Shown here: piece after piece, positions 48,211 to 61,409 of the stretch
Layout: each line of letters opens with the position of its first letter
How positions within the stretch are numbered: the stretch's first letter is position 1
Assembly (NCBI GenBank): GCA_965279095.1
Contig: CBDIHH010000002.1
Coordinates: forward strand, 20,438-84,437
Length of the DNA stretch: 64,000 nucleotides
Origin: Caulobacteraceae bacterium
GTDB lineage: Bacteria > Pseudomonadota > Alphaproteobacteria > Caulobacterales > Caulobacteraceae
Reading direction: 5' to 3'
Notes under the pieces: generated by a model
What the model was told of the DNA's origin: nothing
Databases searched by the model: none
Seen by the model: the letters and a program-made list of their open reading frames with translations, nothing else
Made by a program: the position numbers and the translations under genes

Positions 48211-49278
48211 ATGGCGGATTCGGTTTTGAGACTCGTGGGACAGGAAGACAGCAACAAGCACAAGGCCCTGGAGGCGGCCCTCGCGCAGATCGATCGCGCC
48301 TTCGGCAAGGGCTCGGTGATGAAGCTTGGGGACAAGGGCAAGATCGTCGAGATCGAGTCGGTGTCGACCGGCTCGCTCGGGCTCGACATGGCGCTGGGCA
48401 TCGGCGGCCTGCCGCGGGGCCGGGTGGTGGAGATCTACGGGCCGGAAAGCTCGGGCAAGACCACCCTGGCGCTGCACGTGGCGGCCGAGGTGCAGAAGGC
48501 CGGCGGCACCGCCGCCTTCATCGACGCCGAGCACGCCCTGGATCCCTCCTACGCCCACAAGCTGGGGGTCAATCTCGACAACCTGCTGGTCTCCCAGCCG
48601 GACACCGGCGAACAGGCCCTGGAGATCACCGACACCCTGGTGCGCTCCAACGCCGTCGACGTGATCATCATCGACTCCGTGGCGGCCCTGACGCCCCGCG
48701 CCGAGATCGAGGGCGAGATGGGCGACAGCCTGCCCGGCCTGCAGGCCCGCCTGATGAGCCAGGCGCTTCGCAAGCTGACCGGCTCGATCTCCAAGTCCAA
48801 ATGCCTGGTCATCTTCATCAACCAGATCCGCATGAAGATCGGGGTGATGTACGGCAGTCCCGAGACCACCACCGGGGGCAACGCCCTGAAGTTCTACGCC
48901 TCGGTGCGCCTGGACATCCGCCGGACCGGCTCGGTGAAGGTGCGCGACGAGATCATCGGCAACAACGTCCGCGTCAAGGTGGTCAAGAACAAGGTCGCCC
49001 CGCCGTTCCGCGAGGTCGAGTTCGACATCATGTATGGCCAGGGCATCTCCAAGCTCGGCGAGATCATCGACCTCGGGGTCAAGGCCGGGGTGGTGGAGAA
49101 GGCCGGCTCCTGGTTCTCGTACAACTCCACCCGGATCGGCCAGGGTCGCGACAATGCCCGCGAGTTCCTGAAAGCCAATCCCGACATGGCCGACGAGATC
49201 GAAAAGGCGGTTCGCAAGAGCGCCAACAAGATCGTCGAGGAACTGCTCGTCGGCCCCGCCGGGGACGAGGAGGCTTAA
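48211..49278 (+). CDS. recA: Recombinase A
   Basis: Walker [10 protein letters not shown] and full-length RecA similarity. AAGGA RBS. Confidence 0.97.
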   Translation: MADSVLRLVGQEDSNKHKALEAALAQIDRAFGKGSVMKLGDKGKIVEIESVSTGSLGLDMALGIGGLPRGRVVEIYGPESSGKTTLALHVAAEVQKAGGTAAFIDAEHALDPSYAHKLGVNLDNLLVSQPDTGEQALEITDTLVRSNAVDVIIIDSVAALTPRAEIEGEMGDSLPGLQARLMSQALRKLTGSISKSKCLVIFINQIRMKIGVMYGSPETTTGGNALKFYASVRLDIRRTGSVKVRDEIIGNNVRVKVVKNKVAPPFREVEFDIMYGQGISKLGEIIDLGVKAGVVEKAGSWFSYNSTRIGQGRDNAREFLKANPDMADEIEKAVRKSANKIVEELLVGPAGDEEA

Positions 49279-49394
49279 GGCTTGCCGGCTCCCGCGCCGG
49301 GAGCCGGACGCGAACACCTCGGCAGCCGCTAGCGCGGGCGGATAACCCCGCTGACCGTTCGCCCGCTGCGTCCCCGCGCGGTCTGTCGTCGTGA

Positions 49395-49434
49395 GGGCGC
49401 CGGCCTCTCCATGAGGAGGCCGGCGCCCTTTTCC
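49395..49434 (+). terminator. Rho-independent terminator candidate downstream of recA
   Basis: GGGCGCCGGCCTC ... GAGGCCGGCGCCC followed by TTTTCC. Confidence 0.6.
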
Positions 49435-49578
49435 TTGCGGCATTGCCTGCCGCCTGCCTGGACGGCGGCTCCCGCGCCCTGTCCGGCGGGCCGCTTTCCC
49501 TGGTCACTGACACGGCGCTTGGCTATGGGAGCGGCTGGTCTCATATGAAGCCGTTAAGCTGACCCCACCGGAGCGCTC

Positions 49579-52230
<2,652 letters not shown>

Positions 52231-52261
52231 AGCAGGTTGCCTTTAGCGGAACCAAACTCAT

Positions 52262-52370
52262 CCAATCTCCGATCACCCCGGCGAAGGCCGGGGCCCAGAT
52301 CATATGGCTCGACGTCAGCGCTCTAGGATCTGGATCCCGGCCTTTGCCGGGACGATCGGGGTGGGATTGG
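52262..52370. repeat. Nested-palindrome MITE-like element (family E)
   Basis: CCAATCTCCGATCACCCCGGCGAAGGCCGGGGCCCAGATC ... GATCTGGATCCCGGCCTTTGCCGGGACGATCGGGGTGGGATTGG. Confidence 0.85.
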
Positions 52371-52397
52371 GTGATGCGGCCTAAAAGTTAGCCCACT

Positions 52398-54935
52398 CTA
52401 GAAGGCCTTCGACAGGCCCACGGAGACGCGGGCGCTGACGTCGTTGCGGGCCGAGAACCGGCCCTCGGCGGCGGCGCGCCATCCGAAGCCCGCGGCCTGG
52501 CCCGCCAGGCCCACCGCGGCGGTGGCGTAATCGCCGCGCACAGGCAGGGGCGTGATCCGCTGGCTCGCCAGGGCGTGCTGCGCCGAAGTGAGCCGCACCG
52601 AGGTCGCCTCGTCATTGTCGTGCACGCCGCTGTAGGCGAGGCGCGCCGACGGCGTCACCGAGCCCCACCGGCCCGCGGCCTCGAAGCCGAAGGTGACGCT
52701 GGTCTGGTCTGCCTTATAGCCCGCCACCGTCACATTGGAGACCGAGGCGTTGTGCTCGGCATAGCCGTCGACCTTGGCGCGGCTGTAGCCGAGGCCCAGG
52801 TAGGGGCCGATCCGCCATCCGCCCACCGGCGCGGCCCAGCCGACCTGCGCCTGCCCGGTCCACACCGAGGCGTCGGTCGAGCCCATCGCCATCTGGCCAT
52901 AGGCGCCCGGGCGGCGGATCTTGTCGAGGGACAGGCCCGTGGTCCCGCCCACCGCGGCCTGGGCCCAGAAGCCCGTGTCACCGCCAACACCGCCGTAGAG
53001 GGCCAGGCTGTAGCCGTCGGCCTTGATGTCGAAGCCTGGGCCGAAATCCCCGTCCAGGGTCTGGTAGGCGAGGGCGGCGCCGAAGCGGGCGCGGCGCCAG
53101 CCAATATCCGCGCCGATCGCCGCTCCGGCGCCGTCGGCGCTGAAGTCGACGCCCCTGGCGCTGGCTTCCACCCGCGCCCAGTCGCCGTCAGCCCAGACCC
53201 GCAGGCCGGCGCGCGCCGCGCCGGTGCGCCGGTTTGCCGATAGGGTCTCCATCGCCGAGGCGGCCGCCGCGCCGCCGATGGCCAGGCTGACCTGACGGCC
53301 GCCGGTGAGCAACAGGGGCGCCGTCGCCTTCAGCGACGCCAGGGCCTGCGGATCCACATAGGTGGGCAGGGTCAGGCGGTAGATCAGGATGACGTTGTCG
53401 TTGTTGCCCACCCCCGCCGTGGGGCTGGTCAGCGAGGTGTCGGCGCCGCTGACGCCCGCCGCGTTGATGTTCGACGAGACGAAGTCGTTGTCGTTGCCGA
53501 CCAGCAGGAAGAAGTCCTGGGGCCTGTCCTCTTCCAGCGCCGGGGCCAGGCCCATCGCCTCCCACTTCTCCGACAGGGTGTACTGGGCGCTGGGGGCCGG
53601 GTTGGTGTTGATGCCGAAGCGGCCCAGCTGGGCGGTGTTGAGCATATTGACCAGTTCGACCTGCTGCACCGGCACGATGCCGGGAACCAGGTCGCCCGAG
53701 CCGTTGGCGTTCGCGGTGGTCGAGATCGGCGTCGTCCCGTTGGAATAGGCGGTTCCGGCGATGTTGGTGGCGCCGTCGAGGTCCACCAGCAGCACGCTCT
53801 TGAAGGCGATGGCGTTGGCGTTGCCATTGGTGCCCCGGCCATTGCCGTCGCGCGACAGCACCAGGAACTGGCTGGTGTTGAGGGCCAGGACCTCGGACTG
53901 GGCGGCGGTGGCGGTGGCCGCGCCGGTTCCAGTCAGGCTGTTGTTGTAGACCGGCAGTTGCAGCACATATTCCGCCACCGGCGCGGTTGGCGTCCGGTTG
54001 GCCGAGATGTCGTAGACCAGCACCCGGGTGTTGTTGCGGCGCGCCGCCACGTTGGTGGGGTTGTCCTGCAGGGTGGCGCTCTGCAGCACCGCGATCAGCC
54101 GCGAGCCGTCCGGAGACACCGACACCCCCTCCATGCCCTGATTGGACCGTCGGCCGGTCGTGCCCGGGACCAGGGGTGCGTCGTTGGTCCCGTTGAAGTT
54201 GATCTGGCCGTTCACTCTGGGGAGCAGGTCGGGATTGGCCTGGATGGCGCCCAGCTGCCGGCCGTTGGCGTCGAAATAGAGAATCTCGGCGCCGTATTCG
54301 TCGCCGACATAGAAGCTGCCGTCGGGCAGGAAGGTCACGGCCTCGGCGTCCAGCGCCAGCTTGCCGGCGCCCGGGCCGCTGCCCGCGGGGACGATGGGGT
54401 AGGTCACGCCGTCGCGCACCACGGTCCCGTTCAGCGGATCACGGCCGGAGAAGACCTGGCCGGTGGCGTCCCGAAGCAGGAAGCCGCCGTCCTGGGCCAG
54501 CTGCATCTGCTGGGTCGTGGCCGGGACGGCCGCCGCGCCGGCGTTGGGGACGAAGCTGGCGGTGAAGCGGTTCAGGCGCGCCGCATAGTCGGTGGTGGTC
54601 AGGCCGCCGATGTTGTTCGGGCCCCGGTCGGGCAGGGTGTAGAGGCCGGTCGTATAGGTTCCGTCGGCGCCGCGCCGCCAGGTCTTCAGGTCGATGGCGA
54701 GGCCCGAGAAGGAGCCGAGGGTCTCACCGTTGAAATCGCGCAAGGTGGCGGGAAGACGGGCGGTGCCGACCAAGCCCTGGTTGACGAACGTCGCGCCGCC
54801 GAGGCTCACGGCGGTGGGACCTACGGTGCTGATCAGGTTGGGGGCGGTATAGGCCGCGGACGCCGCCAGGGCGGCGTTGGCGCAAAGCAGGGCGGCGCTC
54901 GCCGCGGTGGCGGCGAGAAGCAGGCGACGTGACAT
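52398..54935 (-). CDS. Autotransporter with a phytase-like esterase passenger domain
   Basis: Signal peptide. The passenger resembles the esterase-like activity of phytase family (call from memory). C-terminal ~270 aa form a Gly/Ala/Tyr-rich beta-barrel ending in KAF. Confidence 0.75.
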   Translation of the reverse strand: MSRRLLLAATAASAALLCANAALAASAAYTAPNLISTVGPTAVSLGGATFVNQGLVGTARLPATLRDFNGETLGSFSGLAIDLKTWRRGADGTYTTGLYTLPDRGPNNIGGLTTTDYAARLNRFTASFVPNAGAAAVPATTQQMQLAQDGGFLLRDATGQVFSGRDPLNGTVVRDGVTYPIVPAGSGPGAGKLALDAEAVTFLPDGSFYVGDEYGAEILYFDANGRQLGAIQANPDLLPRVNGQINFNGTNDAPLVPGTTGRRSNQGMEGVSVSPDGSRLIAVLQSATLQDNPTNVAARRNNTRVLVYDISANRTPTAPVAEYVLQLPVYNNSLTGTGAATATAAQSEVLALNTSQFLVLSRDGNGRGTNGNANAIAFKSVLLVDLDGATNIAGTAYSNGTTPISTTANANGSGDLVPGIVPVQQVELVNMLNTAQLGRFGINTNPAPSAQYTLSEKWEAMGLAPALEEDRPQDFFLLVGNDNDFVSSNINAAGVSGADTSLTSPTAGVGNNDNVILIYRLTLPTYVDPQALASLKATAPLLLTGGRQVSLAIGGAAAASAMETLSANRRTGAARAGLRVWADGDWARVEASARGVDFSADGAGAAIGADIGWRRARFGAALAYQTLDGDFGPGFDIKADGYSLALYGGVGGDTGFWAQAAVGGTTGLSLDKIRRPGAYGQMAMGSTDASVWTGQAQVGWAAPVGGWRIGPYLGLGYSRAKVDGYAEHNASVSNVTVAGYKADQTSVTFGFEAAGRWGSVTPSARLAYSGVHDNDEATSVRLTSAQHALASQRITPLPVRGDYATAAVGLAGQAAGFGWRAAAEGRFSARNDVSARVSVGLSKAF

Positions 54936-55030
54936 GAGGATTCCCCAAGGTTCAGGATTGGGGGTGGCCTAGTCTGGCCCTGTGACGGTCACGTATGCGT
55001 CCGATGACGCTTCCGTGGCGCCTGAGGGGG

Positions 55031-55783
55031 TTATCGCGGCTTCTTGAACCGATAGACGAACTGGTCGGTGCGGTCGTGCAGTTCGAAGACCTTGGCGGTG
55101 TGCGGGTCGTCGCCGCGGCGCAGGGCGGCGCTCTCGCCGTCGAACCTGAAGCCGGCGCGGGTGACCTCCGCCTTGACCACGGCGGGGTCGATCCGGTGCA
55201 GGGTCGCGGTGTCCGACACCCCCTTGCCCGGGCGGGCCGCATGGTCGGCCACCACATAGACGCCGCCCGGCTTCAGCGCCTTGTAGATGGCCGCGTTGAG
55301 GGCGGCCGGGTCGCCGCCGTTGTTGTGCATGTCGTGATAGTTCTGCGAGGTCCACACCAAGTCCAGGCTCTCGGGCGGCGCGAACTCCGCGCTGGGCTGG
55401 CGAAGAAGCACGACGTTGGCGTAGGCGGGGTCCTTGATCACCGGGTCGATGCCGGCCGCCATCCGGTCGGGCATGGCGCTGGGGACGAAGGCGTAGACCT
55501 TGCCGTCAGACCCGACAGCCTTGGCGAACAGGCGCGTGAAATAGCCGCCGCCGGGGATCAGGTCGGCGACCTTGGAGCCCGGCTTGACCCCCGCGAAGGC
55601 GAGCATGGCGGCGGGCTTGCGGGCGTCGTCGCGCATGCGGTCCGCCTCGGGTCGGCCGGGATCGGCTACGGCCGCCATGACCGCGGCGGAGGGGGGCGCA
55701 TCGGCCGCGCGGGCATGGGGCGCGACGCCCCCGGCCAGGGCGGTCGCCAGCAGCAGGGCGGCGAGGCGGGAAGAGCGAATCAT
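55031..55783 (-). CDS. Signal-peptide-bearing class I methyltransferase-fold protein
   Basis: Signal peptide LLLATALAGGVAPHARA. SAM-fold motif VADLIPGGGYFT and LKPGGVYVV. Start at ATG 55781-55783. Confidence 0.6.
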   Translation of the reverse strand: MIRSSRLAALLLATALAGGVAPHARAADAPPSAAVMAAVADPGRPEADRMRDDARKPAAMLAFAGVKPGSKVADLIPGGGYFTRLFAKAVGSDGKVYAFVPSAMPDRMAAGIDPVIKDPAYANVVLLRQPSAEFAPPESLDLVWTSQNYHDMHNNGGDPAALNAAIYKALKPGGVYVVADHAARPGKGVSDTATLHRIDPAVVKAEVTRAGFRFDGESAALRRGDDPHTAKVFELHDRTDQFVYRFKKPR

Positions 55784-55815
55784 GGGGCGTCGGGCTCCGA
55801 GGTTGGAGACCGATG

Positions 55816-56361
55816 TTATCCCTCGGCAGGCCGGCTGGGCAGGCGAATCTGCACCAGGGTCCAGTCGAACAGGCCGCGCCGCTCGAAGGTGAACACGGTG
55901 CGGCGGGATGGCTGGTTCGGGTCGTCCACGCCGATGCGGCAGCGCCGGAAGTCCCAGTAGATCACCGTCGGCAGGCGCAGGGGTCCGGCCCGGGGCCGCG
56001 GATCGGTGGGCGAGCGGCCGTCCGCCATCCGCGCCAGGGCGGCGGGGGTGAGGTAGGCATCCACCTGCGGCGGCGGCTGGAGCATCGGCTGCTGCAGGGC
56101 CCGGCGCATGGCCCCTATGGGATCGGTCCAGACGTCCGGGGCGGGGATCTGCGCCGCGGCGGTGGGGCGGACCTGCGAGCGCAGGGCGCCGCGCACGGCG
56201 TTGTAGTCGACCAGCTGGCCGAGGGCCTGGACGTCCTGGTTCTCCGCGGCCGAGCGCAGGGCGCGAAAGGCGAACCAGGGCGCCGAGGCGAAGGCGGCCC
56301 CGAACACCAGGGCGGCGATCAGCACCAGGGTGGTAAATCCGCGCATGCCCCCTCCGCTCAT
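55816..56361 (-). CDS. DUF2939-like membrane-anchored protein
   Basis: N-terminal TM helix and high GC3. Family call is from memory. The start (56361 or 56346) is uncertain. Confidence 0.55.
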   Translation of the reverse strand: MSGGGMRGFTTLVLIAALVFGAAFASAPWFAFRALRSAAENQDVQALGQLVDYNAVRGALRSQVRPTAAAQIPAPDVWTDPIGAMRRALQQPMLQPPPQVDAYLTPAALARMADGRSPTDPRPRAGPLRLPTVIYWDFRRCRIGVDDPNQPSRRTVFTFERRGLFDWTLVQIRLPSRPAEG

Positions 56362-56489
56362 CGTGGGCCCCGGCCCTGGGGGTCGGCGCCATTGTTCCTT
56401 ACCGGACCGCGTTCGTCATCCCTGGAGACGCGGGCGATGGCCGCCCGGCCGCGCCGCCGCCGCCTGGGCGACGACGGCGCGGTCGGGGC

Positions 56490-57701
56490 TTAGGCCATGG
56501 CGGCCTGGAGGTTCTCGTCGACCTTGTCCAGGAAGCCCTCGGTGGTCAGCCATCCCTGCTCGGCGCCGACCAGGAGCGCCAGGTCCTTGGTCATGAAGCC
56601 GGCCTCGACGGTGTCGATGCAGACCTTCTCCAGGGTGTCGGCGAAGCGGTCGAGCTCGGCGTTGTCGTCGAGCTTGGCGCGGTGCTTGAGGCCCCGGGTC
56701 CAGGCGAAGATCGAGGCGATGGAGTTGGTCGAGGTCGATTCCCCGCGCTGGTGCTGGCGGTAGTGGCGGGTGACAGTGCCGTGGGCGGCCTCGGCCTCGA
56801 CGATCTTGCCGTCGGGGGTCAGCAGCACCGAGGTCATCAGGCCGAGGGAGCCGAAGCCCTGGGCGACGATGTCGGATTGCACGTCGCCGTCGTAGTTCTT
56901 GCAGGCCCAGACGTAGCCGCCCGACCACTTCAGCGCCGAGGCGACCATGTCGTCGATCAGGCGATGCTCATAGGTGAGCTTCTTGGCTTTGAATTGGTCG
57001 GCGTATTCCGCTTCGAACACTTCCTGGAAGATGTCCTTGAAGCGCCCGTCATAGGCCTTGAGGATGGTGTTCTTGGTCGACAGATAGACCGGATAGTTGC
57101 GGCTCAGGCCATAGGCGAAGGAGGCGTGGGCGAAGTCGCGGATGGAGTCGTCCAGGTTGTACATGGCCATGGCCACGCCGGAGCCGGGCGACTTGAACAC
57201 TTCCTTCTCAATGACCTCGCCGTCCTCGCCGACGAACTTGATCGTCAGGGTGCCCTTGCCGGGGAACAGGAAGTCGGTGGCGCGGTACTGGTCGCCGAAG
57301 GCGTGGCGGCCGACGATGATCGGCTGGGTCCACCCCGGGACGAGACGCGGAACATTCTGGCAGATGATCGGCTCGCGGAAGATCACCCCGCCGAGGATGT
57401 TGCGGATGGTGCCGTTGGGCGACTTCCACATCGACTTGAGCTTGAATTCCTTCACCCGGGCCTCGTCGGGGGTGATGGTGGCGCACTTGACCGCCACGCC
57501 GTGGCGCTTGGTGGCCTCGGCGGCGTCGATGGTCACCTGGTCGTTGGTGGCGTCGCGGTTCTCGATGCTGAGGTCGTAGTAGTCGATGTCGAGATCGAGA
57601 TAGGGGAAGATGAGCTTGTCCTTGATCAGCTTCCAGATGATCCGGGTCATCTCGTCCCCGTCCATGTCGACGACGGGGTTGGCGACTTTGATTTTCTGCA
57701 T
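56490..57701 (-). CDS. icd: NADP-dependent isocitrate dehydrogenase (homodimeric, eukaryote-like type)
   Basis: [24 protein letters not shown]-terminus and the NYDGDVQSD motif. Confidence 0.95.
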   Translation of the reverse strand: MQKIKVANPVVDMDGDEMTRIIWKLIKDKLIFPYLDLDIDYYDLSIENRDATNDQVTIDAAEATKRHGVAVKCATITPDEARVKEFKLKSMWKSPNGTIRNILGGVIFREPIICQNVPRLVPGWTQPIIVGRHAFGDQYRATDFLFPGKGTLTIKFVGEDGEVIEKEVFKSPGSGVAMAMYNLDDSIRDFAHASFAYGLSRNYPVYLSTKNTILKAYDGRFKDIFQEVFEAEYADQFKAKKLTYEHRLIDDMVASALKWSGGYVWACKNYDGDVQSDIVAQGFGSLGLMTSVLLTPDGKIVEAEAAHGTVTRHYRQHQRGESTSTNSIASIFAWTRGLKHRAKLDDNAELDRFADTLEKVCIDTVEAGFMTKDLALLVGAEQGWLTTEGFLDKVDENLQAAMA

Positions 57702-57855
57702 GGGTGTCTCGTCTCTCCGGCGGCCGCCGCATCTCCACACGAGCGGCGCACAGGGCCCCCCGCGGCGCGGCGCGATGGGGTGCTATAGACGGTTGCGCGC
57801 GGCGGCGAAACAGGCGCTTGGATCGCCACCCTGATCGCTTCGCTCAAGATATCGC

Positions 57856-58812
57856 ATGCCGCAGACCCCCGCGCCGACGCCGTCCTTGCCCCTGCGCGCC
57901 CTCACCGCCCGCCTGTGGGGCTCGGGCCCGGCGCTGCTGACGATGACTGTGCTGTTGTGGTCGGGCAACATCATCGTGGGCCGGGCGGCGCACGCCAGCT
58001 TCCCGCCCGTCGCCCTGACCTTCTGGCGCTGGACCCTGGCGCTGCTCATCCTGCTGCCGTTCGCCTGGCCGCATGTCCGCCGCGACGCGGCGGTGCTGAA
58101 ACGCGCCTGGCGGGTGCTGCTGATCCTGTCGATCTTCGGGGTCTCGGCCTACAACGCCCTGGCCTACACCGGCCTGGCCACGACCACCGCCGTCAACGCG
58201 GCGCTGCTGCAATCGTCGATGAGCCCGTTGATCCTGATCTGGGCCTTCGTGCTGTTTCGCGAGCGCCCCACCGCCCTGCAATTCGCCGGCGTCCTGGTCT
58301 CGGTGATCGGGGTGCTGTGGATTATCGCCCAGGGATCCCCCCGGGTGCTGCTGGAGCTGAGGCTCAACGCCGGCGACGGCTTCATCCTGGCCGGCCTGAC
58401 CGCCTACGCCATCTATTCGGTGTTCCTGCGCCAGAAGCCGGCGGTGCATCCGCTGAGCCTTCTGGCGGTGACCTTCGCCGTGGGCGCGGTCTGCCTCGTC
58501 CCGTTCTATGCGGCGGAGTTGTTGGCCGGGCGGCTGATCACCCCCGGGGCCCCGGCGGCCCTGGCCCTGGCCTACGTCGCCGTCTTCCCGTCGCTCATCG
58601 CCTACCTGTGCTTCAACCGGGGCGTCGAGCTGATCGGCTCGGGGCGGGCGGGACAATTCATCCACCTGATGCCGGTTTTCGCCTCGCTTCTGGCCATGGT
58701 CTTCCTGGGCGAGCGCCTGCACGCCTATCACCTGGTGGGGGCGGCCATCATCGGCCTGGGCATCGTCATCGCTTCCAAAGGGGCCGCCAGACCCGCTATC
58801 GGTGACCGATGA
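57856..58812 (+). CDS. DMT-superfamily (EamA) transporter
   Basis: Ten predicted TM helices in two EamA-like halves. Confidence 0.8.
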   Translation: MPQTPAPTPSLPLRALTARLWGSGPALLTMTVLLWSGNIIVGRAAHASFPPVALTFWRWTLALLILLPFAWPHVRRDAAVLKRAWRVLLILSIFGVSAYNALAYTGLATTTAVNAALLQSSMSPLILIWAFVLFRERPTALQFAGVLVSVIGVLWIIAQGSPRVLLELRLNAGDGFILAGLTAYAIYSVFLRQKPAVHPLSLLAVTFAVGAVCLVPFYAAELLAGRLITPGAPAALALAYVAVFPSLIAYLCFNRGVELIGSGRAGQFIHLMPVFASLLAMVFLGERLHAYHLVGAAIIGLGIVIASKGAARPAIGDR

Positions 58813-59579
58813 GCGACATCCTCCCCCCCTGCGTGATCCTCAACGAGCCCCAGCTGGCCGAGAACATCGGCGCCGTGGCGCGGGTGATGGCCAACTTCGG
58901 CCTGTCCGACCTGCGCCTGGTGCGCCCCCGCGACGGCTGGCCCCAGGAGCGGGCCTGGGCCTCGGCCTCCGGCGCCGACTGGCCCCTGGACGGCGCCCGC
59001 GTCTACCAGCGGCTGGAGGCGGCCACCGCCGACCTGCACCGCATCTACGCCACCACGGCCCGGCCTCGGGAGGTGAAGCTGCCGGTGATGACCCCCCGCG
59101 CCGCCGCCGCCGAGGGCTATGCCGCCACCGGCCGAGGCCACAAGGTGGGCCTGCTTTTTGGAGGGGAGAGAGCCGGGCTCGAGACGGCCGACATCGCCCT
59201 GTGCCACGCCATCGTCACCGTGCCGATCGACCCGCGCTTCCACTCCCTGAACCTGGCCCAGGCGGTGGCGGTGAACGCCTATGAGTGGCGCCTCGTGCAC
59301 GACGACGGGCCGCCGCCGCGCTTCACCGATCCCGACCCGGTGGCCGAGGGGGCCACGGTGGTGGGCTTCTACGAGCAGCTGGAGGCGGAACTCGACGCCG
59401 GCGGCTTCTTCCACCCGCCCGAGAAGCGCCCCTCGATGGTCCGCAACCTGCGCGCCATTTTCGGCCGCGCGGGCCTCACCGACCAGGAGGTGCGCACCCT
59501 GCGCGGGGTGGTCACCGCCCTGAGCAAGGGTCGCGGCCGGGTGCTGGCCAAGCTGGCGGAGAAGGCCAAGGAGGGGTGA
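58809..59579 (+). CDS. SpoU-family RNA 2'-O-methyltransferase (TrmJ-like)
   Basis: SpoU motifs (NIGAVARVMANFG, LLFGGERAGL, SLNLAQAVAV). The ATG overlaps the upstream stop. Confidence 0.8.
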   Translation: MSDILPPCVILNEPQLAENIGAVARVMANFGLSDLRLVRPRDGWPQERAWASASGADWPLDGARVYQRLEAATADLHRIYATTARPREVKLPVMTPRAAAAEGYAATGRGHKVGLLFGGERAGLETADIALCHAIVTVPIDPRFHSLNLAQAVAVNAYEWRLVHDDGPPPRFTDPDPVAEGATVVGFYEQLEAELDAGGFFHPPEKRPSMVRNLRAIFGRAGLTDQEVRTLRGVVTALSKGRGRVLAKLAEKAKEG

Positions 59580-59582
59580 TCT

Positions 59583-59694
59583 GCGTGGTTCGAGACGCGC
59601 CCTGGCGGGCGCTCCTCACCATGACGACCGTGTTTGAAGGCTCCCAACGCCCGTCATGGTGAGGAGGCTGCGCAGCAGCCGTCTCGAACCACGC
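59583..59694. repeat. Family C nested-palindrome MITE-like element, copy 2
   Basis: Same terminal and inner inverted repeats as 24368-24477, but the central loop is in the opposite orientation. Confidence 0.9.
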
Positions 59695-59739
59695 AGCGCC
59701 CTTGCCCGAATCCCGGTCGCTCGTGCTATCTTTGTTCTC

Positions 59740-60294
59740 ATGTCCGGCTACGGATTCACTCTCTTCCTGACCGCCCTGGGCCGCTGCGGCCTGGCGTGGA
59801 GCGAGCGCGGTATCTCGCGGCTGCAACTGCCCGAGGCCACCGATGCGGCCACCCGCGAACGGCTGGTGCGGCGCCTCGCCGTCGCGCGCCAAAGCACGCC
59901 GCCGCCCGCCGTGCAGGCGGCCATGGACAAGGTGGTGCGCCTGCTGGCGGGCGAGGCGCCGGACCTGGGCGGCATCGCCCTGGACGCCGACGGGGTGCCG
60001 CCGTTCCACCGCCGGGCCTATGCGGCGGCGCGCCAGATCCCCGTGGGCGAAACGCTCAGCTACGGAGAGGTGGCGGCAAGGCTCGGCGAGCCCGGGGCCG
60101 CGCGGGCGGTGGGCCAGGCCATGGGCCGCAACCCCTATCCGATCATCGTACCCTGCCACCGGGTGCTGGCGGCGGGCGGCCGGGCAGGGGGCTTCACCGC
60201 CCCTGGGGGGCTGGCCACCAAGGCGCGGCTGCTGCAGATCGAGGGCGCGCGATGGGGCCGCGAGCCCGACCTGTTCGCCGATTGCGCTCCCTGA
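59740..60294 (+). CDS. ogt: Methylated-DNA--protein-cysteine methyltransferase
   Basis: Active-site IIVPCHRV motif. Start at ATG 59740, because the ORF-track extension runs into the repeat. Confidence 0.85.
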   Translation: MSGYGFTLFLTALGRCGLAWSERGISRLQLPEATDAATRERLVRRLAVARQSTPPPAVQAAMDKVVRLLAGEAPDLGGIALDADGVPPFHRRAYAAARQIPVGETLSYGEVAARLGEPGAARAVGQAMGRNPYPIIVPCHRVLAAGGRAGGFTAPGGLATKARLLQIEGARWGREPDLFADCAP

Positions 60295-60327
60295 GACCGT
60301 CCCCCCAATGATCCCCTCCCTACACCC

Positions 60328-60447
60328 CCGTCATCCTAGGCCTTGTGCCTAGGACCCAGACGCGCCGACGGTTCAGGCGGGACATCGCGCACACGAGATT
60401 GAAATCGCCGCGTTTCTGGGTCCTAGGCCTTGTGCCTAGGATGACGG
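60328..60447. repeat. Nested-palindrome MITE-like element (family D variant)
   Basis: CCGTCATCCTAGGCCTTGTGCCTAGGACCCAG ... CTGGGTCCTAGGCCTTGTGCCTAGGATGACGG. Confidence 0.9.
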
Positions 60448-60709
60448 AGCTAAGGGGTGGGCGTCGTGCGTTATCGGTGGGAGCGGGCGCGGGCCACGTC
60501 CTCAATGATCCCTCCAGGCGCGGAACCTAAGGTGAGCGGCGTGTAGCCCAATGTTGACTTTTGCCGCCCGGCCCAGCATACCGCGCGCTTCTCGCCGCCG
60601 GGCTCGCCCGGGTCGGCGCGAACATCCATGACGGGTGATGCGAAGCCGCCGTTGAAATCGTCCCTCCATATGGGGAGGGACCGGCCCGCGTCGAACTGAT
60701 GAGTTGACC

Positions 60710-61324
60710 ATGTCCAAGCGCCACTCGGCGAAATACAAGATCGACCGCCGGATGGGCGAGAACATTTGGGGTCGCCCCAAATCGCCCATCAACCAGCGGT
60801 CCTACGGCCCCGGCCAGCACGGCCAGCGCCGCAAGCAGAAGGTGTCCGACTTCGGCCTGCAGCTTCGCGCCAAGCAGAAGCTGAAGGGCTACTACGGCAA
60901 CCTCACCGAAAAGCAGTTCCGCCGCACCTATGACGAGGCGGACCGCCGCAAGGGCAACACCTCCGAGAACCTGATCGCCCTGCTGGAAAGCCGCCTGGAC
61001 GCGATCGTGTATCGCGCCAAGTTCGTGCCGACCCCGTTCGCGGCGCGTCAGCTGGTCAACCACGGCCACGTCCTGGTCAACGGCAAGCGCGTCAACATCG
61101 CCTCCTATCGCTGCAAGCCCGACGACGTGATCGAAATCCGCGAACGCTCGCGCAACATGGCCCTGGTGCTGGAAGCCGTGCAGTCGGGCGAGCGCGATAC
61201 CCCGGACTATCTGGAAGTCGACACCAAGGGTCTGTCGGCGCGCTTCATCCGCGCCCCGAACCTGGAAGAAGTGCCCTATCCGGTGAAGATGGAACCGAAC
61301 CTGGTCGTCGAATTCTACTCGTAA
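60710..61324 (+). CDS. rpsD: 30S ribosomal protein S4
   Basis: [27 protein letters not shown]-terminus and an S4 RNA-binding domain. Confidence 0.95.
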   Translation: MSKRHSAKYKIDRRMGENIWGRPKSPINQRSYGPGQHGQRRKQKVSDFGLQLRAKQKLKGYYGNLTEKQFRRTYDEADRRKGNTSENLIALLESRLDAIVYRAKFVPTPFAARQLVNHGHVLVNGKRVNIASYRCKPDDVIEIRERSRNMALVLEAVQSGERDTPDYLEVDTKGLSARFIRAPNLEEVPYPVKMEPNLVVEFYS

Positions 61325-61348
61325 GAATTCTGGTCGATCCGAACTGAC

Positions 61349-61380
61349 GAAGGGCCCCGCTTGCGGGGCCCTTCTGTTTT
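61349..61380 (+). terminator. Rho-independent terminator of rpsD
   Basis: GAAGGGCCCCG-cttg-CGGGGCCCTTC followed by TGTTTT. Confidence 0.85.
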
Positions 61381-61409
61381 GCGCCACGCTGCGCGCCGGA
61401 GACACGCGC

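Noticed and set aside
49287-49309. Hairpin CCGGCTCCCG-cgc-CGGGAGCCGG immediately after the recA stop
   Set aside because: It has no U-tract. A better terminator candidate lies at 49395-49434, so this hairpin is left unannotated.
56413-56440. GTTCGTCATCCCTGGAGACGCGGGCGATGG, resembling one terminus of family D
   Set aside because: Only about 15 nt are similar and there is no partner arm, so the match is too short to call a remnant.
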